64,000 nt of DNA, from assembly GCA_038861545.1 (NCBI GenBank), contig JAWCCZ010000003.1, positions 64,001 through 128,000 on the forward strand, in the 5' to 3' direction. Made by a program: the position numbers and the translations under genes. The stretch is from Thermofilaceae archaeon (lineage in GTDB: Archaea > Thermoproteota > Thermoprotei > Thermofilales > Thermofilaceae). Under the pieces are notes generated by a model that was given only the letters and a program-made list of their open reading frames with translations, ran no database searches and had not been told where the DNA came from. Below are positions 47,172 to 57,108 of the stretch, piece by piece; position 1 is the first letter of the stretch, and each line of letters opens with the position of its first letter.

Positions 47172-47882
47172 ATGTTAGAACTCGGATTAATTCATAAAAT
47201 TTTAAGCTCCACACTACTAGTTTATGCGGCATTTTCGGATGTAAAAACGAGAGAAGTAGAAGATACTATTTGGCTTGCTATGTGTATCGTATCGGTTCCT
47301 CTCATATTTTATGAATTAATTAAAGTAGAGCCTAGGTGTCTGTTATATTATGTTTTCTCATTTTACTTAGCTTTCACGCTGGGCTTGTTTCTATCCTCGT
47401 TTAACATTATGGGAGGAGCGGACTTCCTCGCCCTTGCATGTATAGGGCTGGTGACAGTACCGGAGTTTAACGGCCCTATATCCGCTTTACCCTCACTATC
47501 TGTAATGGTGAATTCCCTGCTGGTATCCCTAGTTTACCCGTTATATATTCTGGTGAAAAACATGAGAGCTATATTTAGAGGAGAAAAGTTATTTGAAAGT
47601 GTAGAAGTCACTTCGCTAGCGAAGGTTTTAGGTCTTTTTACCTTGGTCAAAGTGCCGGTCGAGGAATATAAGCGTAAAAGGGATTTCTACTCTCTTGCAG
47701 AAATTATAGAAAACGATAAAAGGAAAATTTCTTTTTCTTTAAAAATTCGCAGCAACGATGTACAGCTTTCAGGAGGAGAAGTATGGGTTACACCACATAT
47801 ACCATATGTGGCGGTGCTTGCTGCAGGTTACATAATCCACCTTGTACTAGGTTGTCTATTAGAGTTATTTTTACTCAAGTAA
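47172..47882 (+). CDS. A24 prepilin/preflagellin peptidase (FlaK/PibD-like)
   Basis: SDVKTREV, MGGADF (GxGD-type), WVTPHIPY. Confidence 0.88.
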   Translation: MLELGLIHKILSSTLLVYAAFSDVKTREVEDTIWLAMCIVSVPLIFYELIKVEPRCLLYYVFSFYLAFTLGLFLSSFNIMGGADFLALACIGLVTVPEFNGPISALPSLSVMVNSLLVSLVYPLYILVKNMRAIFRGEKLFESVEVTSLAKVLGLFTLVKVPVEEYKRKRDFYSLAEIIENDKRKISFSLKIRSNDVQLSGGEVWVTPHIPYVAVLAAGYIIHLVLGCLLELFLLK

Positions 47883-47948
47883 CGATGATTCTTAAGGTTT
47901 TGCCATACGGGTTAAAAAAGGTTAAATGATTACCAGGTACACTTGAAT

Positions 47949-48020
47949 GGGCTATGACGCGGAAACCGGGTTCCGACGGGTGGTTTATACCCGGATGGCG
48001 ACAAAGGCTGGGATGAGCCC
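47949..48020 (+). ncRNA. Candidate structured RNA (k-turn / degenerate C/D-like) upstream of tes
   Basis: GC-rich island with terminal stem GGGC/GCCC, TAT bulge and tandem GA; internal CGGGT/ACCCG hairpin. Confidence 0.4.
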
Positions 48021-48082
48021 TACCTAGCTGTCAGTTATAACAAAACATTAAAACGCCTCCTTGGGATAAGACCGAGAAGATT

Positions 48083-49909
48083 ATGGAAAAGTCTGCTATC
48101 ACAGGGGAAGTAGGGGTCGTTAAATATTCTGAAATTAAAGATTTAGCCCCTGAGAAAATAGGCGAAATTAGCCGTACTTTTACGTATAAACTTATGCCCA
48201 AGGTCAATGAAGATTATAGAGTTAACTTAACTATTCCTCCCAACCTGAGGGATGGAGAGAAGCTAGTTACCCATACCCTTTCCACATGTCCTCATTGCTA
48301 CTCACTTCTTGCAGCAACCATATTTGAGAAGGAAGGGAAAGTCTACATAAGGAAGGAATGCCCAGAGCATGGTGAGTTTGAAGAGCTTTACTTCGGGGAT
48401 TATTCTCTATATGAAAGGTATAGAAGGTGGCAACACGATGGGAAAGGTATTTGGACACCCAACGTACAAACTTCGTCTTTATGTCCGTATAATTGCGGAC
48501 TCTGTTCGAGACATAAAAGTCACACAGCCTTGCTGAACTTAGCGGTAACAAACAGGTGTGGTTTACGATGCTGGTACTGCTTCTTCTTTGCTGTTAAAGC
48601 TGGTTACGTCTATGAGCCATCGCTAAATCATATCAGATTCATGCTAAGGGAGGCTAGGAAAATGCTGCCGCACCCGGCTGTAGCTGTACAATTCACTGGT
48701 GGAGAACCACTTTTACGAGATGATATAGTGGATATCGTAAAAATAGCTAGGGAAGAGGGTTATCACCATGTACAGATAAACACTGAGGGTATTAGGATAG
48801 CTTACGAACCCGATCTAGCTGTGAAGCTACGAAAAGCAGGCGCCAACGTGATTTATATGAGCTTCGACGGAGTAACTCCTCACACAAATCCGAAGAACCA
48901 TTGGGAAGTTCCATATACGCTTGAAGGCTTAAGAAATGCTGGTTTGGGTGCCGTACTAGTCCCAACGGTAATAAAGGGTTACAACTTACATGAAGTAGGA
49001 GCTATAGTGAGGTTCGCTCTGAAGCATTCCGACATTGTCAGGGGGGTTAACATGCAACCAGTTTCGATTGTTGGTAGAGTTCCTAAGAAAGAACGGGATA
49101 AGCTAAGAGTTACAATCCCAGACGTTATAATAGAGATTGAAAAACAAACGAACGGTAATATAAGTAGGGAAGATTGGTACCCAGTACCAAGCGTAGCACC
49201 TGTTTCCAGAGTTGTAGAAGCATTGACCGGCAAGCCGCAGTTTGAGCTTACTACGCATTTTATCTGCGGAGCAGCGACCTACGTGTTCTTAGATGGGAAC
49301 GAGATAGTACCAATAACAAGGTTCGTCGATGTAGAAGGGCTTATGCATTTTTTAGATGAAACAGCTGAGGAAATTAAAGGTGGATCTAACAAGTATATAG
49401 TTACTCTAGGCGCATTATATAGACTCGGAAGATTTATCGATACTAGCAGAGCTCCTAAAAGGTTCAGAAGTAAGAAGAAATTCCTTAGATACGTATATAA
49501 TATACTTTTAAAACATAATTACTTGGCACTTGGCGAGTTTCACTATCAGGCACTTTTTCTTGGGCTTATGCATTTCCAGGATCCTTATAACTACGATGTG
49601 AGTAGGGTGCAGAGATGCGAAGTTCACTATGTGATGCCTGACGGTCGCATAGTACCTTTCTGCACTTTTAATGTATTCCCAGAGTTTTATAGAGATAGGG
49701 CGCAGAAAGCGTTTTCTTACACGATAGATGAATGGGAACAGTTGACTGGAAAAAGGCTTTCAGAGGAAATTTATGTACGCGACATTAAGAAGCTACTCAG
49801 CGGCGAAGTATATAGAAAGGCTTACGAAGGAATAATTGATGTTGATTCAATACCCTACGAAGAACACGTAACTGCATCAAAGAGGTTCGGTATACCTGTG
49901 AGTGAGTAA
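48083..49909 (+). CDS. tes: Tetraether lipid synthase (GDGT-MAS), radical SAM
   Basis: T.STCP.C...KECPEHG, CPYNCGLC..H..HT, TNRCGLRCWYCF, FTGGEP, RGVNMQPVS..GR, HFICG, HFQDPYNYD..RV.RC..HY...DG.IVPFC. Confidence 0.88.
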   Translation: MEKSAITGEVGVVKYSEIKDLAPEKIGEISRTFTYKLMPKVNEDYRVNLTIPPNLRDGEKLVTHTLSTCPHCYSLLAATIFEKEGKVYIRKECPEHGEFEELYFGDYSLYERYRRWQHDGKGIWTPNVQTSSLCPYNCGLCSRHKSHTALLNLAVTNRCGLRCWYCFFFAVKAGYVYEPSLNHIRFMLREARKMLPHPAVAVQFTGGEPLLRDDIVDIVKIAREEGYHHVQINTEGIRIAYEPDLAVKLRKAGANVIYMSFDGVTPHTNPKNHWEVPYTLEGLRNAGLGAVLVPTVIKGYNLHEVGAIVRFALKHSDIVRGVNMQPVSIVGRVPKKERDKLRVTIPDVIIEIEKQTNGNISREDWYPVPSVAPVSRVVEALTGKPQFELTTHFICGAATYVFLDGNEIVPITRFVDVEGLMHFLDETAEEIKGGSNKYIVTLGALYRLGRFIDTSRAPKRFRSKKKFLRYVYNILLKHNYLALGEFHYQALFLGLMHFQDPYNYDVSRVQRCEVHYVMPDGRIVPFCTFNVFPEFYRDRAQKAFSYTIDEWEQLTGKRLSEEIYVRDIKKLLSGEVYRKAYEGIIDVDSIPYEEHVTASKRFGIPVSE

Positions 49910-49912
49910 AAC

Positions 49913-50350
49913 ATGCGTGTAAAAAGTTTTAACTTCACCCTCAAATTACTAGACCCATTAAAGCTTCAGGCATGTGTTGAAACTAGGACTTACTTAAAAC
50001 AAGGCAATAAACTCTTAAAATTAACTGGAGTAGAGCGAGCCTTTACACTGGACGATGCCCTAGACTTTGACTTAGAATTTGGAGAAGTCATTCAATTAAC
50101 ATTTTCCGACGCGATTCGAGGTAATTTTGAATGCAGTGTTATAGACTTTGACTTACAAGGATTAATTGTGAAAGTTTATGACTGCGATATTTCAGGAAAA
50201 AAGTATAAGCTATTTTCCTTATATTCGGCTGAAGACGAATTGAGAAGGCTTTACGCAGACAGGCTGGCAAAACTAACTTCTATGGATGAGCGAATAAATG
50301 GACTTGCGGTGAAGTTAGGTTTAAATTCATCCTCCTTAAAGGATCTTTAA
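49913..50350 (+). CDS. Hypothetical protein
   Basis: 145-aa ORF starting 3 nt after tes stop. Confidence 0.7.
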   Translation: MRVKSFNFTLKLLDPLKLQACVETRTYLKQGNKLLKLTGVERAFTLDDALDFDLEFGEVIQLTFSDAIRGNFECSVIDFDLQGLIVKVYDCDISGKKYKLFSLYSAEDELRRLYADRLAKLTSMDERINGLAVKLGLNSSSLKDL

Positions 50351-50408
50351 ACTTTTATATATTTGCCAAGGAAAAAATTTATTTGCAGCATTTTTTCGAA
50401 TATGTCAT

Positions 50409-50717
50409 ATGACAGATTCTGAAGAAAAATGTTTACTTGAACATGTAGTACTCATTTCTAGAGAATTGCTCGATAATACCCGATCCCGTGTGATATCAAT
50501 TAAATTGCGTACTCTTCTAAAGTATGCATATGTTTCATACAGGAGAAGAACAACCGATCTAAACTCTATTCGAGGATTGGTTCCACGCGTCAGGCCTCCG
50601 TCTAAACTTACTAATCAATATTTTTATAGGGAAATGGAAAAAGTTCTTAAAAATAACTTTAATGTGAAAATAGAGAACAGAAGGCAGTTCAGGTACGTAA
50701 TTTTTACAAAGATCTAA
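50409..50717 (+). CDS. Hypothetical basic protein
   Basis: 102-aa Arg/Lys-rich ORF with TATA-like element upstream. Confidence 0.7.
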   Translation: MTDSEEKCLLEHVVLISRELLDNTRSRVISIKLRTLLKYAYVSYRRRTTDLNSIRGLVPRVRPPSKLTNQYFYREMEKVLKNNFNVKIENRRQFRYVIFTKI

Positions 50718-50724
50718 GTTTTTC

Positions 50725-51231
50725 TTAACAGTTTTTATTAAGATCTTCGCTTATTCCTTTTCTAACTTTAACTGCCTTGCCAACTTTTTTTGACTTCATT
50801 TCGATGCCACTCAGTATTGCTTTACCGACCGCAACTAATGTCCCCTCGGTATCTACAACAATGACCTCATCTCCCGGTTTAATTTCTGAATCTGCATTTA
50901 CGACATGTCTGCAGAACACTGTTCTGCCTTGAGCTATAAAGGAGGCCGCTTCCTTCTCTACTATTACTCTGTATCTGGGAATAGGTAGAACTTTCAATAA
51001 CTTTACAGCTCCTTTAAGGGTAGGCACAAAAAACCCATCACTAGCTCTTATTGTACCAATTAACTCGTCGCTTATGTAAATTTCCCTTATTCTACCTGTA
51101 GCTGGTGACTGCCGAACTTTAACTTTCCCCTCTTCGAGAAGGGTAGAGGCTTCTCTACCTAGTTGATAGGCTAAAACTGCCTTAAGCATTTCAAGCATGC
51201 TCCTAGTCAAAGGTTTTTCAGCGTTTTCCAT
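50725..51231 (-). CDS. PUA-domain protein (ArcTGT C-terminal-like)
   Basis: YQLG, SPATGRIR, GRTVFCRHV..AD..I.PGDEV, GKAVKVR. Confidence 0.88.
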   Translation of the reverse strand: MENAEKPLTRSMLEMLKAVLAYQLGREASTLLEEGKVKVRQSPATGRIREIYISDELIGTIRASDGFFVPTLKGAVKLLKVLPIPRYRVIVEKEAASFIAQGRTVFCRHVVNADSEIKPGDEVIVVDTEGTLVAVGKAILSGIEMKSKKVGKAVKVRKGISEDLNKNC

Positions 51232-51254
51232 TATGTTCGGTATTCTTACGCAAA

Positions 51255-51752
51255 ATGTATATGAAAGTAGTGCATAAATACTGTGTGCGATGCGAATTAT
51301 GCGGGGAGGAGATCCGTGGAAAAGCTTACCTGGGAGTAGTTGATAGAGCGGAGCTTATCCTATGTGATAAATGTGTAAAGAGGGCCAGCAAAGTTTATGG
51401 TCCATTGGGAGCCAAAAAACAAGTTTCTCAGGCTGTTATTTCATCTCAACGTACTATACGTATCGAGAGCGAAAAAGAAGAAGTTGTAGATGATTTTGCT
51501 GATAAAATAAGGGAGGCAAGAGAGCGAGCAGGTTTCACTAGAGATACTTTAGCAGCACTACTTGGTACTAAAGTTTCCGTTGTTAGAAGACTAGAAGAAG
51601 GTTCTCTCAAACCAACACTAGAGATGGCGCGAAAACTTGAAAAAATACTCAAAGTGCAACTCATTGAGAATGTTGCTGAGGGTGACCTTGAGGGGGGTGG
51701 TATAAAAACTTGGGAGCAGACGCTAGGAGATGTAGCCGAGTTCAAAGAGTAA
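51255..51752 (+). CDS. mbf1: Multiprotein bridging factor aMBF1
   Basis: CELCG...CDKC zinc ribbon, Cro-like HTH, TLGD motif. Confidence 0.93.
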   Translation: MYMKVVHKYCVRCELCGEEIRGKAYLGVVDRAELILCDKCVKRASKVYGPLGAKKQVSQAVISSQRTIRIESEKEEVVDDFADKIREARERAGFTRDTLAALLGTKVSVVRRLEEGSLKPTLEMARKLEKILKVQLIENVAEGDLEGGGIKTWEQTLGDVAEFKE

Positions 51753-52990
51753 GACCTAGGCGTGTTGTTTTGGTTGAAAGATTAGATGAAGGCAGAAGCA
51801 GCCTTATGCATGAATTAAAAGAGCTAGCCACAGCCGCTGGCTATGAAGTTGCAGGCATTTTAACGCAAGTTAGGCATCCAGATCCTAATTATCAAATAGG
51901 GGAAGGCAAGGTAGAGGAATTAAAGGAACTAATTAAAAAGAAGGAGGCATGCAAGGTAATCTTCTTTAATGACCTAAAGCCTCGTCAAGCTTACAATCTG
52001 ACCAAGAAGCTTGGAGTTGAAGTAATCGATCGTTTTCAATTAATACTGGAGATTTTCGCTAGCAGAGCTGGCAGTAAGGAAGCTAAACTTCAGATAGAAC
52101 TAGCTAAGCTGAAAAGAGAGCTTTCGTTTGCCCGCGAATGGTTAAGATTGGCAAAGTTAGGTGAATTGCATGGCTTCCTCGGAGGCGGGGAATACGCCAT
52201 CGATGCTTATTACAAACACGTTAGAAGGAGGATAGTTAAAATAGAGGAGGAGCTTTCTAAACTAAGGGTTTTTAAGGAAAGCCGATGGATGAGAAGGAGC
52301 TGGGAAGGTGGGTTGTATTACGTAGCACTTACAGGCTATACTGGAGCTGGGAAGACTACATTGTTTAGGGCTCTAACTGGCTACCAAGGGTATGTGGATG
52401 GGAAGCCTTTTGCTACGCTGAATACAAAAATGGGTAGGACTTCTATTGAAGGAAGACCTATGGTAATCTCCGATACTGTTGGCTTTATAGACTGTTTACC
52501 CCCCCAGCTTTTAGACGCTTTCTATACAACATTGGGTGAAGTAGCTTTGGCGGATGCAGTTATCATGGTGTTCGACATTAGTGAAGACTCAGAAGAGATT
52601 AAACGTAAGCTTTCCGCTGCCTATACAACTCTAAGGGCTTTAGGTGTGAGTTCCACTAAAATCATTGCAGTGGCAAACAAGGTAGATGCGCTCGATGGAG
52701 AGAGCCTTGAGATGAAGCTTTCACCTGCTCGATCGTTAGGATTTGAGCCTATTCCGATTTCAGCTCTTAGAGGTGAGGGTATTGAACAACTCAAAAGAGC
52801 TATACTGGAAAAGTTACCCGGCTATGCAGTAGTTAAGGTTGAAATCGATAAAGTTAATATATTACATGAATTGCATAGGGGTGCTTTTATAAGAGAGGTT
52901 GACATCAAAGACGGGAAAATCGACGCCATTGTTGAAGGTCGGAAAGAGTGGATTGAAAGTATTCTGCGAAAAAGAATCTCGAAGAAATGA
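51710..52990 (+). CDS. hflX: GTPase HflX
   Basis: IDRFQLILEIF..RA...EAKLQIELA, GYTGAGKT, DTVGFI, NKVD, ISA. Start uncertain. Confidence 0.95.
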   Translation: MGADARRCSRVQRVRPRRVVLVERLDEGRSSLMHELKELATAAGYEVAGILTQVRHPDPNYQIGEGKVEELKELIKKKEACKVIFFNDLKPRQAYNLTKKLGVEVIDRFQLILEIFASRAGSKEAKLQIELAKLKRELSFAREWLRLAKLGELHGFLGGGEYAIDAYYKHVRRRIVKIEEELSKLRVFKESRWMRRSWEGGLYYVALTGYTGAGKTTLFRALTGYQGYVDGKPFATLNTKMGRTSIEGRPMVISDTVGFIDCLPPQLLDAFYTTLGEVALADAVIMVFDISEDSEEIKRKLSAAYTTLRALGVSSTKIIAVANKVDALDGESLEMKLSPARSLGFEPIPISALRGEGIEQLKRAILEKLPGYAVVKVEIDKVNILHELHRGAFIREVDIKDGKIDAIVEGRKEWIESILRKRISKK

Positions 52991-53009
52991 TAACCTTTTC
53001 CTGGGTTAG

Positions 53010-53606
53010 ATGTTTATGCAAATATTCGTTTTAAGAATTGGGCATAGACCTGGGAGAGATAAAAGAGTATCTACCCATGTTGGCCTTGTCGCTAGAGCGT
53101 TCGGCGCAGACGGTATAATTTATGTGGGCAATGTTGAGAAATCTTTACTAGACAATTTAAGGAAAGTTGTAGAAACATGGGGTGGGTCTTTTTCTATTGA
53201 AGTAACATCTTCGTATAGACAGGTCATCACTCATTGGAAAGGAAAAGGTGGAGTCGTTGTACACCTGACTATGTATGGTGAGAACATTGAAGGAAGCAAT
53301 GTACTTGAACAGATCAAAGCTTATGGCAAAGACATTTTAGTCGTGGTGGGAGCTGAGAAGGTTCCAGCTGACGTGTATAAGTTAGCCGACTTTAATGTAG
53401 CTATTGGTAACCAACCACACAGCGAAGTAGCTGCTTTAGCAGTTTTTCTAGATAGACTTTACGGAGGGAAAGAGCTACTAAAGAAATTTAAGGGTGGAAG
53501 ATTAGTAATCATACCCTCACTGCGAGGAAAAAAGGTAATTGAGGTAGTCGATTATGAGCGAAAGAGATCAAGTACTACTCATATTGGCGAGGAAGATCCA
53601 CGGTGA
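53010..53606 (+). CDS. trm56: tRNA (cytidine56-2'-O)-methyltransferase
   Basis: [38 protein letters not shown]. Confidence 0.95.
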   Translation: MFMQIFVLRIGHRPGRDKRVSTHVGLVARAFGADGIIYVGNVEKSLLDNLRKVVETWGGSFSIEVTSSYRQVITHWKGKGGVVVHLTMYGENIEGSNVLEQIKAYGKDILVVVGAEKVPADVYKLADFNVAIGNQPHSEVAALAVFLDRLYGGKELLKKFKGGRLVIIPSLRGKKVIEVVDYERKRSSTTHIGEEDPR

Positions 53607-54057
53607 TATAGCCGGGAGGATAGCTGAAAGGTTATCTAGGGTAGGGGAAGCCACAGATGAACAGCTTTCACAAGCGTTGGGGATAGAAATTGGTCTTATA
53701 AGGAGGTTGCTTAACGAGTTATATGAGTCGAGACTTGTTCGATATAGAAGGGTTAGGGATGTTGATCAAGGCTGGTATTTATACTATTGGAGATTAACAG
53801 ACGAAGATCCATTCCGCGTAGTCGAAGAAAGGAAAAAGAGGGTTCTCGAGAACCTAAAGCTTAAGTTAGAACATGAAGAAAGTGGATCCTATTTTATTTG
53901 TCAGCGATGCAATGCTAGATACTCCTTTGATGACATCGTAGACTACATGTTTAGATGCCCTGAATGCGGGTCTGACCTAGAGGCAATTGATAATAGCCTA
54001 GTTGTAAATAAACTTAGGATTATTATATGTAAGCTTGAAGGATTGAAGTTAGAATAG
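53554..54057 (+). CDS. tfe: Transcription factor E (TFE alpha)
   Basis: wHTH TDEQLS...RRLL..LYE, GWYLYYW, CQRC...FRCPECG zinc ribbon. Confidence 0.93.
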   Translation: MSERDQVLLILARKIHGDIAGRIAERLSRVGEATDEQLSQALGIEIGLIRRLLNELYESRLVRYRRVRDVDQGWYLYYWRLTDEDPFRVVEERKKRVLENLKLKLEHEESGSYFICQRCNARYSFDDIVDYMFRCPECGSDLEAIDNSLVVNKLRIIICKLEGLKLE

Positions 54058-54083
54058 GTGCTAAAACTTAATAGGTTAACAAA

Positions 54084-54398
54084 ATGAATGGTCGGTGTAT
54101 TTCAATGCCTGGCAAGATACTGAGTATTAAGGAGGCTTTAAGTCATCCTCTGAGAAGACGTATAGTAGCGACCTTAATGGACGATCCAGGAATCAGTGTA
54201 AGACAGCTGGCACGTCATCTAGGAGTCGGAGTTGGCGCTCTTTCAGGTCATTTAGCGATTCTGTATCGCATGGGGCTCATTAGAGAGGAAAGGCAAGGAA
54301 ATCGCTTACAACTATTCCTAAACGAGGAATATATAGCTAATTCACTCGGAGAGAGGTGGTCAGAGTGGAGTTCCTATTCGCGCGCTCAGAGGAGATAA
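54084..54398 (+). CDS. ArsR-like winged-helix regulator
   Basis: ALSHPLRRRI...PGIS..QLA..L......HL..L...GLI. Confidence 0.85.
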   Translation: MNGRCISMPGKILSIKEALSHPLRRRIVATLMDDPGISVRQLARHLGVGVGALSGHLAILYRMGLIREERQGNRLQLFLNEEYIANSLGERWSEWSSYSRAQRR

Positions 54399-55576
54399 AA
54401 AGTGGTAAGACCACTGATATATATTTTGAGCGAACTTTAAAAGTTCTCGAAAGAGAGAATTTAGCTTCAACAGAGGTTTATGCCGAAGTAACGGCGAGCG
54501 CAATACCACACAGGTATAAATGGGTCATTTATGCAGGTTTAAGAGAAGCGTTAACCCTTCTCGAGGGTAGAAACATTTCAGTTTACTCAATACCAGAGTG
54601 CACGTTGTTCTATCCGGTTGATGTAAATAAAGTAAAAACGCCTGTACTGGCTGTTGAGGGTCCTTATGAGGAATTTGCTGTCTTCGAAACCGCGCTTCTC
54701 GGCTTTCTAGCTTCAGCCTCTGGAGTTACTACTAAGGCGGCAAGGGTTAAGAAAGCTGCTTGCAATCGCCCAGTACTTTCCTTTGGGGCGCGGCGCACTC
54801 ACCCAGCAATAGCACCGTTTGTAGATTATTATGCATACATAGGTGGTTGTGATGGTGTTTCCTGTGTTAAGGGAGCTGAACTGCTTAACATAGCACCGTC
54901 AGGCACCATGCCCCACAGCCTCATGATAATATTTAGAGCAGTTAAGGGTAACCACGTTGAAGCTTGGATAGCTTTTGATAAACACGTTGAGCCGGAAGTG
55001 CCCAGAATAGTACTCGCTGATACATTCTGGGATGAAACAGAAGAGACTCTAAAAGCGGCAGAAAAGCTTGGAACAAGGCTATGGGGTGTCAGGCTTGATA
55101 CGCCTAGCAGTAGACGAGGAGATATAGCTGCTATTGTGAGAGAGGTGAAATGGAAGTTACGAACTGCTGGCTATAATCATGTAAGGGTAGTTGTGTCAGG
55201 TGGGCTTGATGAGAACGTGATACCAGAGCTAATTGAAGCTGGTGCTGATGCATTCGGCGTCGGCTCAGCCATAGCTAATGCTCCCTACATAGATTATGCT
55301 ATGGATATCACGGCTGTCAAGGTTAAAGGTGAATGGATTGCGATATCTAAGAGAGGTAAATTCAGTGGTCGTAAACAGGTCTATAGATGCTGGAATTGCC
55401 TTAAAGACATGGTGACCCTTGCTGAGGATAACGCGGAAAAATGTCCAAGTTGTGGTGGACCTGTTGAGCCGTTATTAACCAAGGTAATGGAGGTAGGTAG
55501 AATACTCATAGAGAGAGAACTGCCAGAAAACTTGCGTAAACGTGTACTAACCCAGATCCAGAAGGTAGAATTATAA
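54356..55576 (+). CDS. pncB: Nicotinate phosphoribosyltransferase
   Basis: TDIYF, FETA.LG, SFGARR, GTMPHS, GVRLDT, SGGLDE, FGVGS, KRGK. Confidence 0.93.
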   Translation: MVRVEFLFARSEEIKSGKTTDIYFERTLKVLERENLASTEVYAEVTASAIPHRYKWVIYAGLREALTLLEGRNISVYSIPECTLFYPVDVNKVKTPVLAVEGPYEEFAVFETALLGFLASASGVTTKAARVKKAACNRPVLSFGARRTHPAIAPFVDYYAYIGGCDGVSCVKGAELLNIAPSGTMPHSLMIIFRAVKGNHVEAWIAFDKHVEPEVPRIVLADTFWDETEETLKAAEKLGTRLWGVRLDTPSSRRGDIAAIVREVKWKLRTAGYNHVRVVVSGGLDENVIPELIEAGADAFGVGSAIANAPYIDYAMDITAVKVKGEWIAISKRGKFSGRKQVYRCWNCLKDMVTLAEDNAEKCPSCGGPVEPLLTKVMEVGRILIERELPENLRKRVLTQIQKVEL

Positions 55577-55606
55577 GGCCCAATATCTACTTGTTACTTA
55601 AAAATT

Positions 55607-55630
55607 CCATAGCCTTGTTCCAAGCTTTTC
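55607..55630. repeat. 24-bp perfect inverted copy of pncB internal sequence 55061-55084
   Basis: CCATAGCCTTGTTCCAAGCTTTTC is the reverse complement of GAAAAGCTTGGAACAAGGCTATGG. Confidence 0.9.
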
Positions 55631-55767
55631 AGTATCGGCGAACGATTTTAGGCTTATCCTGTTACGAAGACAGTGCTGTATGCCCCATGCTGAAGGGTTA
55701 AACAATGCTAGCTTGCTGATAGTATTCACTTACATGAGAGTTTCAACATCGGCAAATTGTTACTTGA

Positions 55768-55842
55768 TGCGGCCGCCGGGATTCGAACCCGGGTTCTCCG
55801 GCGTGGCAGGCCGGCGTCTTAACCAAACTAGACTACGGCCGC
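55768..55842 (-). tRNA. tRNA-Gly(GCC), intronless
   Basis: GCGGCCG/CGGCCGC, CCGGC-CTGCCAC-GCCGG, TTCGAAT. Confidence 0.97.
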
Positions 55843-55966
55843 TATTTTCAAGCACCGGGGATTTAATGGGGTGATATATATTTGCCGCATCCTAAAGCAG
55901 TTAACTCTGAGCTACTTATTGTGGTAAAAGTAAACAATATATTCCCTCTTCTTTACGTGAAATACA

Positions 55967-56066
55967 GCCGGGGTCGCCTAGCCTGGTCGAGGGCGCCGGA
56001 CTCATAATCTAGATCAATTCGGGATAGGATATCCGGTCAACCCGGGTTCGAATCCCGGCCCCGGCA
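55967..56066 (+). tRNA. tRNA-Met(CAU), elongator, with 24-nt canonical intron (56007-56030)
   Basis: G1-C72, CCGGA-CTCATA^A-TCCGG typical of archaeal elongator Met. Confidence 0.92.
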
Positions 56067-56133
56067 CTAATTTATGCTCTATCTCTAGATAGCTGATGAT
56101 TGACGATTAATTTACTGTTTGATGTACGTTAAG

Positions 56134-57108
56134 TCATCGAAAAGATGGGGAAGGCTCCGTTAACCTTACCCCCCACCGTGATATTCCTGTAACTAGTACC
56201 TGTTTAGCCATACTCTTCAATGTATCAGCTACGCGCCCAGCATCTTCTTTCCAGCATAAAGCTACCACAAATCCTCCGCCTCCAGCGCCAGTCAACTTCG
56301 CTCCTAGAGCTCCTGCCTCTCTAGCTGCGTCTACGAGTAAGTCAAGCTTATTGTTAGAAACTCCTATTGCGTGAAGTAACCCATGGTTTATGTTCATCAG
56401 TTGACCTACTCTGAAAAAGTCACCCTGTTCCAGCGCATCCTTGGCTGAATAGGCAAGCTCGCCGGCCGCATTGTATATATGTTCGAGTACATGCGGGTAG
56501 CGGTCTCTCAGTGTTAAAACTTTAGCCACCATAGCGCCTGTGGACCGTTCGATTCCTGAATCAGCTAACACCAACCTTATAGAACTTATATTAGAGCTTA
56601 ACTGCCGGAAACGCATTCCCTTTTTATAAAATATAAGCCCGCCGTACGTTGATACCGTGTTGTCTATCCCACTGGGTTTACCGTGGACCACTGTTTCAGA
56701 TCTGTAAGCAATTTCAGATATTTTTTCTAGGCTGAGCTCTAATCCAAGTAGTTTAGCTGTTGCAGCAACCGTAGCTACAGCAACGGCAGCTGAGGAACCC
56801 ATACCAGCTGCTCGGGGAATACTTGACTCTATTTTTAAGTTAAGACCCTTGGTCTTATCAGTAATTTTGAGGACTTCTTTAGCTGCAACGTAAACCGGGT
56901 ACAATGGTCCATTTTTCTCATCTTCGAAACTGAAAAAAGCTTCGCCGTACTCCATTGAGCTAACGTTAACCCCCTCTTTATCAATAAATTCGGCTTTTAC
57001 CCGTGCTTCAATTTCTACGGCAGCGGCAATCGCAGGCTGTCCACCTACAACAAAATGCTCGCCAACGAGTATAACTTTGCCCGGGGCTATTGCACACACG
57101 CTACTCAA
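56134..57108 (-). CDS. mvk: Mevalonate kinase
   Basis: APGKVILVGEHFVV, PRAAGMGSSAA, HGKPSGID, KLTGAGGGG. Confidence 0.95.
   Translation of the reverse strand: MSSVCAIAPGKVILVGEHFVVGGQPAIAAAVEIEARVKAEFIDKEGVNVSSMEYGEAFFSFEDEKNGPLYPVYVAAKEVLKITDKTKGLNLKIESSIPRAAGMGSSAAVAVATVAATAKLLGLELSLEKISEIAYRSETVVHGKPSGIDNTVSTYGGLIFYKKGMRFRQLSSNISSIRLVLADSGIERSTGAMVAKVLTLRDRYPHVLEHIYNAAGELAYSAKDALEQGDFFRVGQLMNINHGLLHAIGVSNNKLDLLVDAAREAGALGAKLTGAGGGGFVVALCWKEDAGRVADTLKSMAKQVLVTGISRWGVRLTEPSPSFR

Noticed and set aside
47958-48005. H/ACA interpretation of the element upstream of tes
   Set aside because: ACA lies only about 6 nt from the upper stem instead of the expected 14-16.
51710-51770. Programmed frameshift fusing aMBF1 to HflX
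   Set aside because: No slippery site recognised; a TTG start with an upstream GGGGGTG SD explains the 43-nt overlap.
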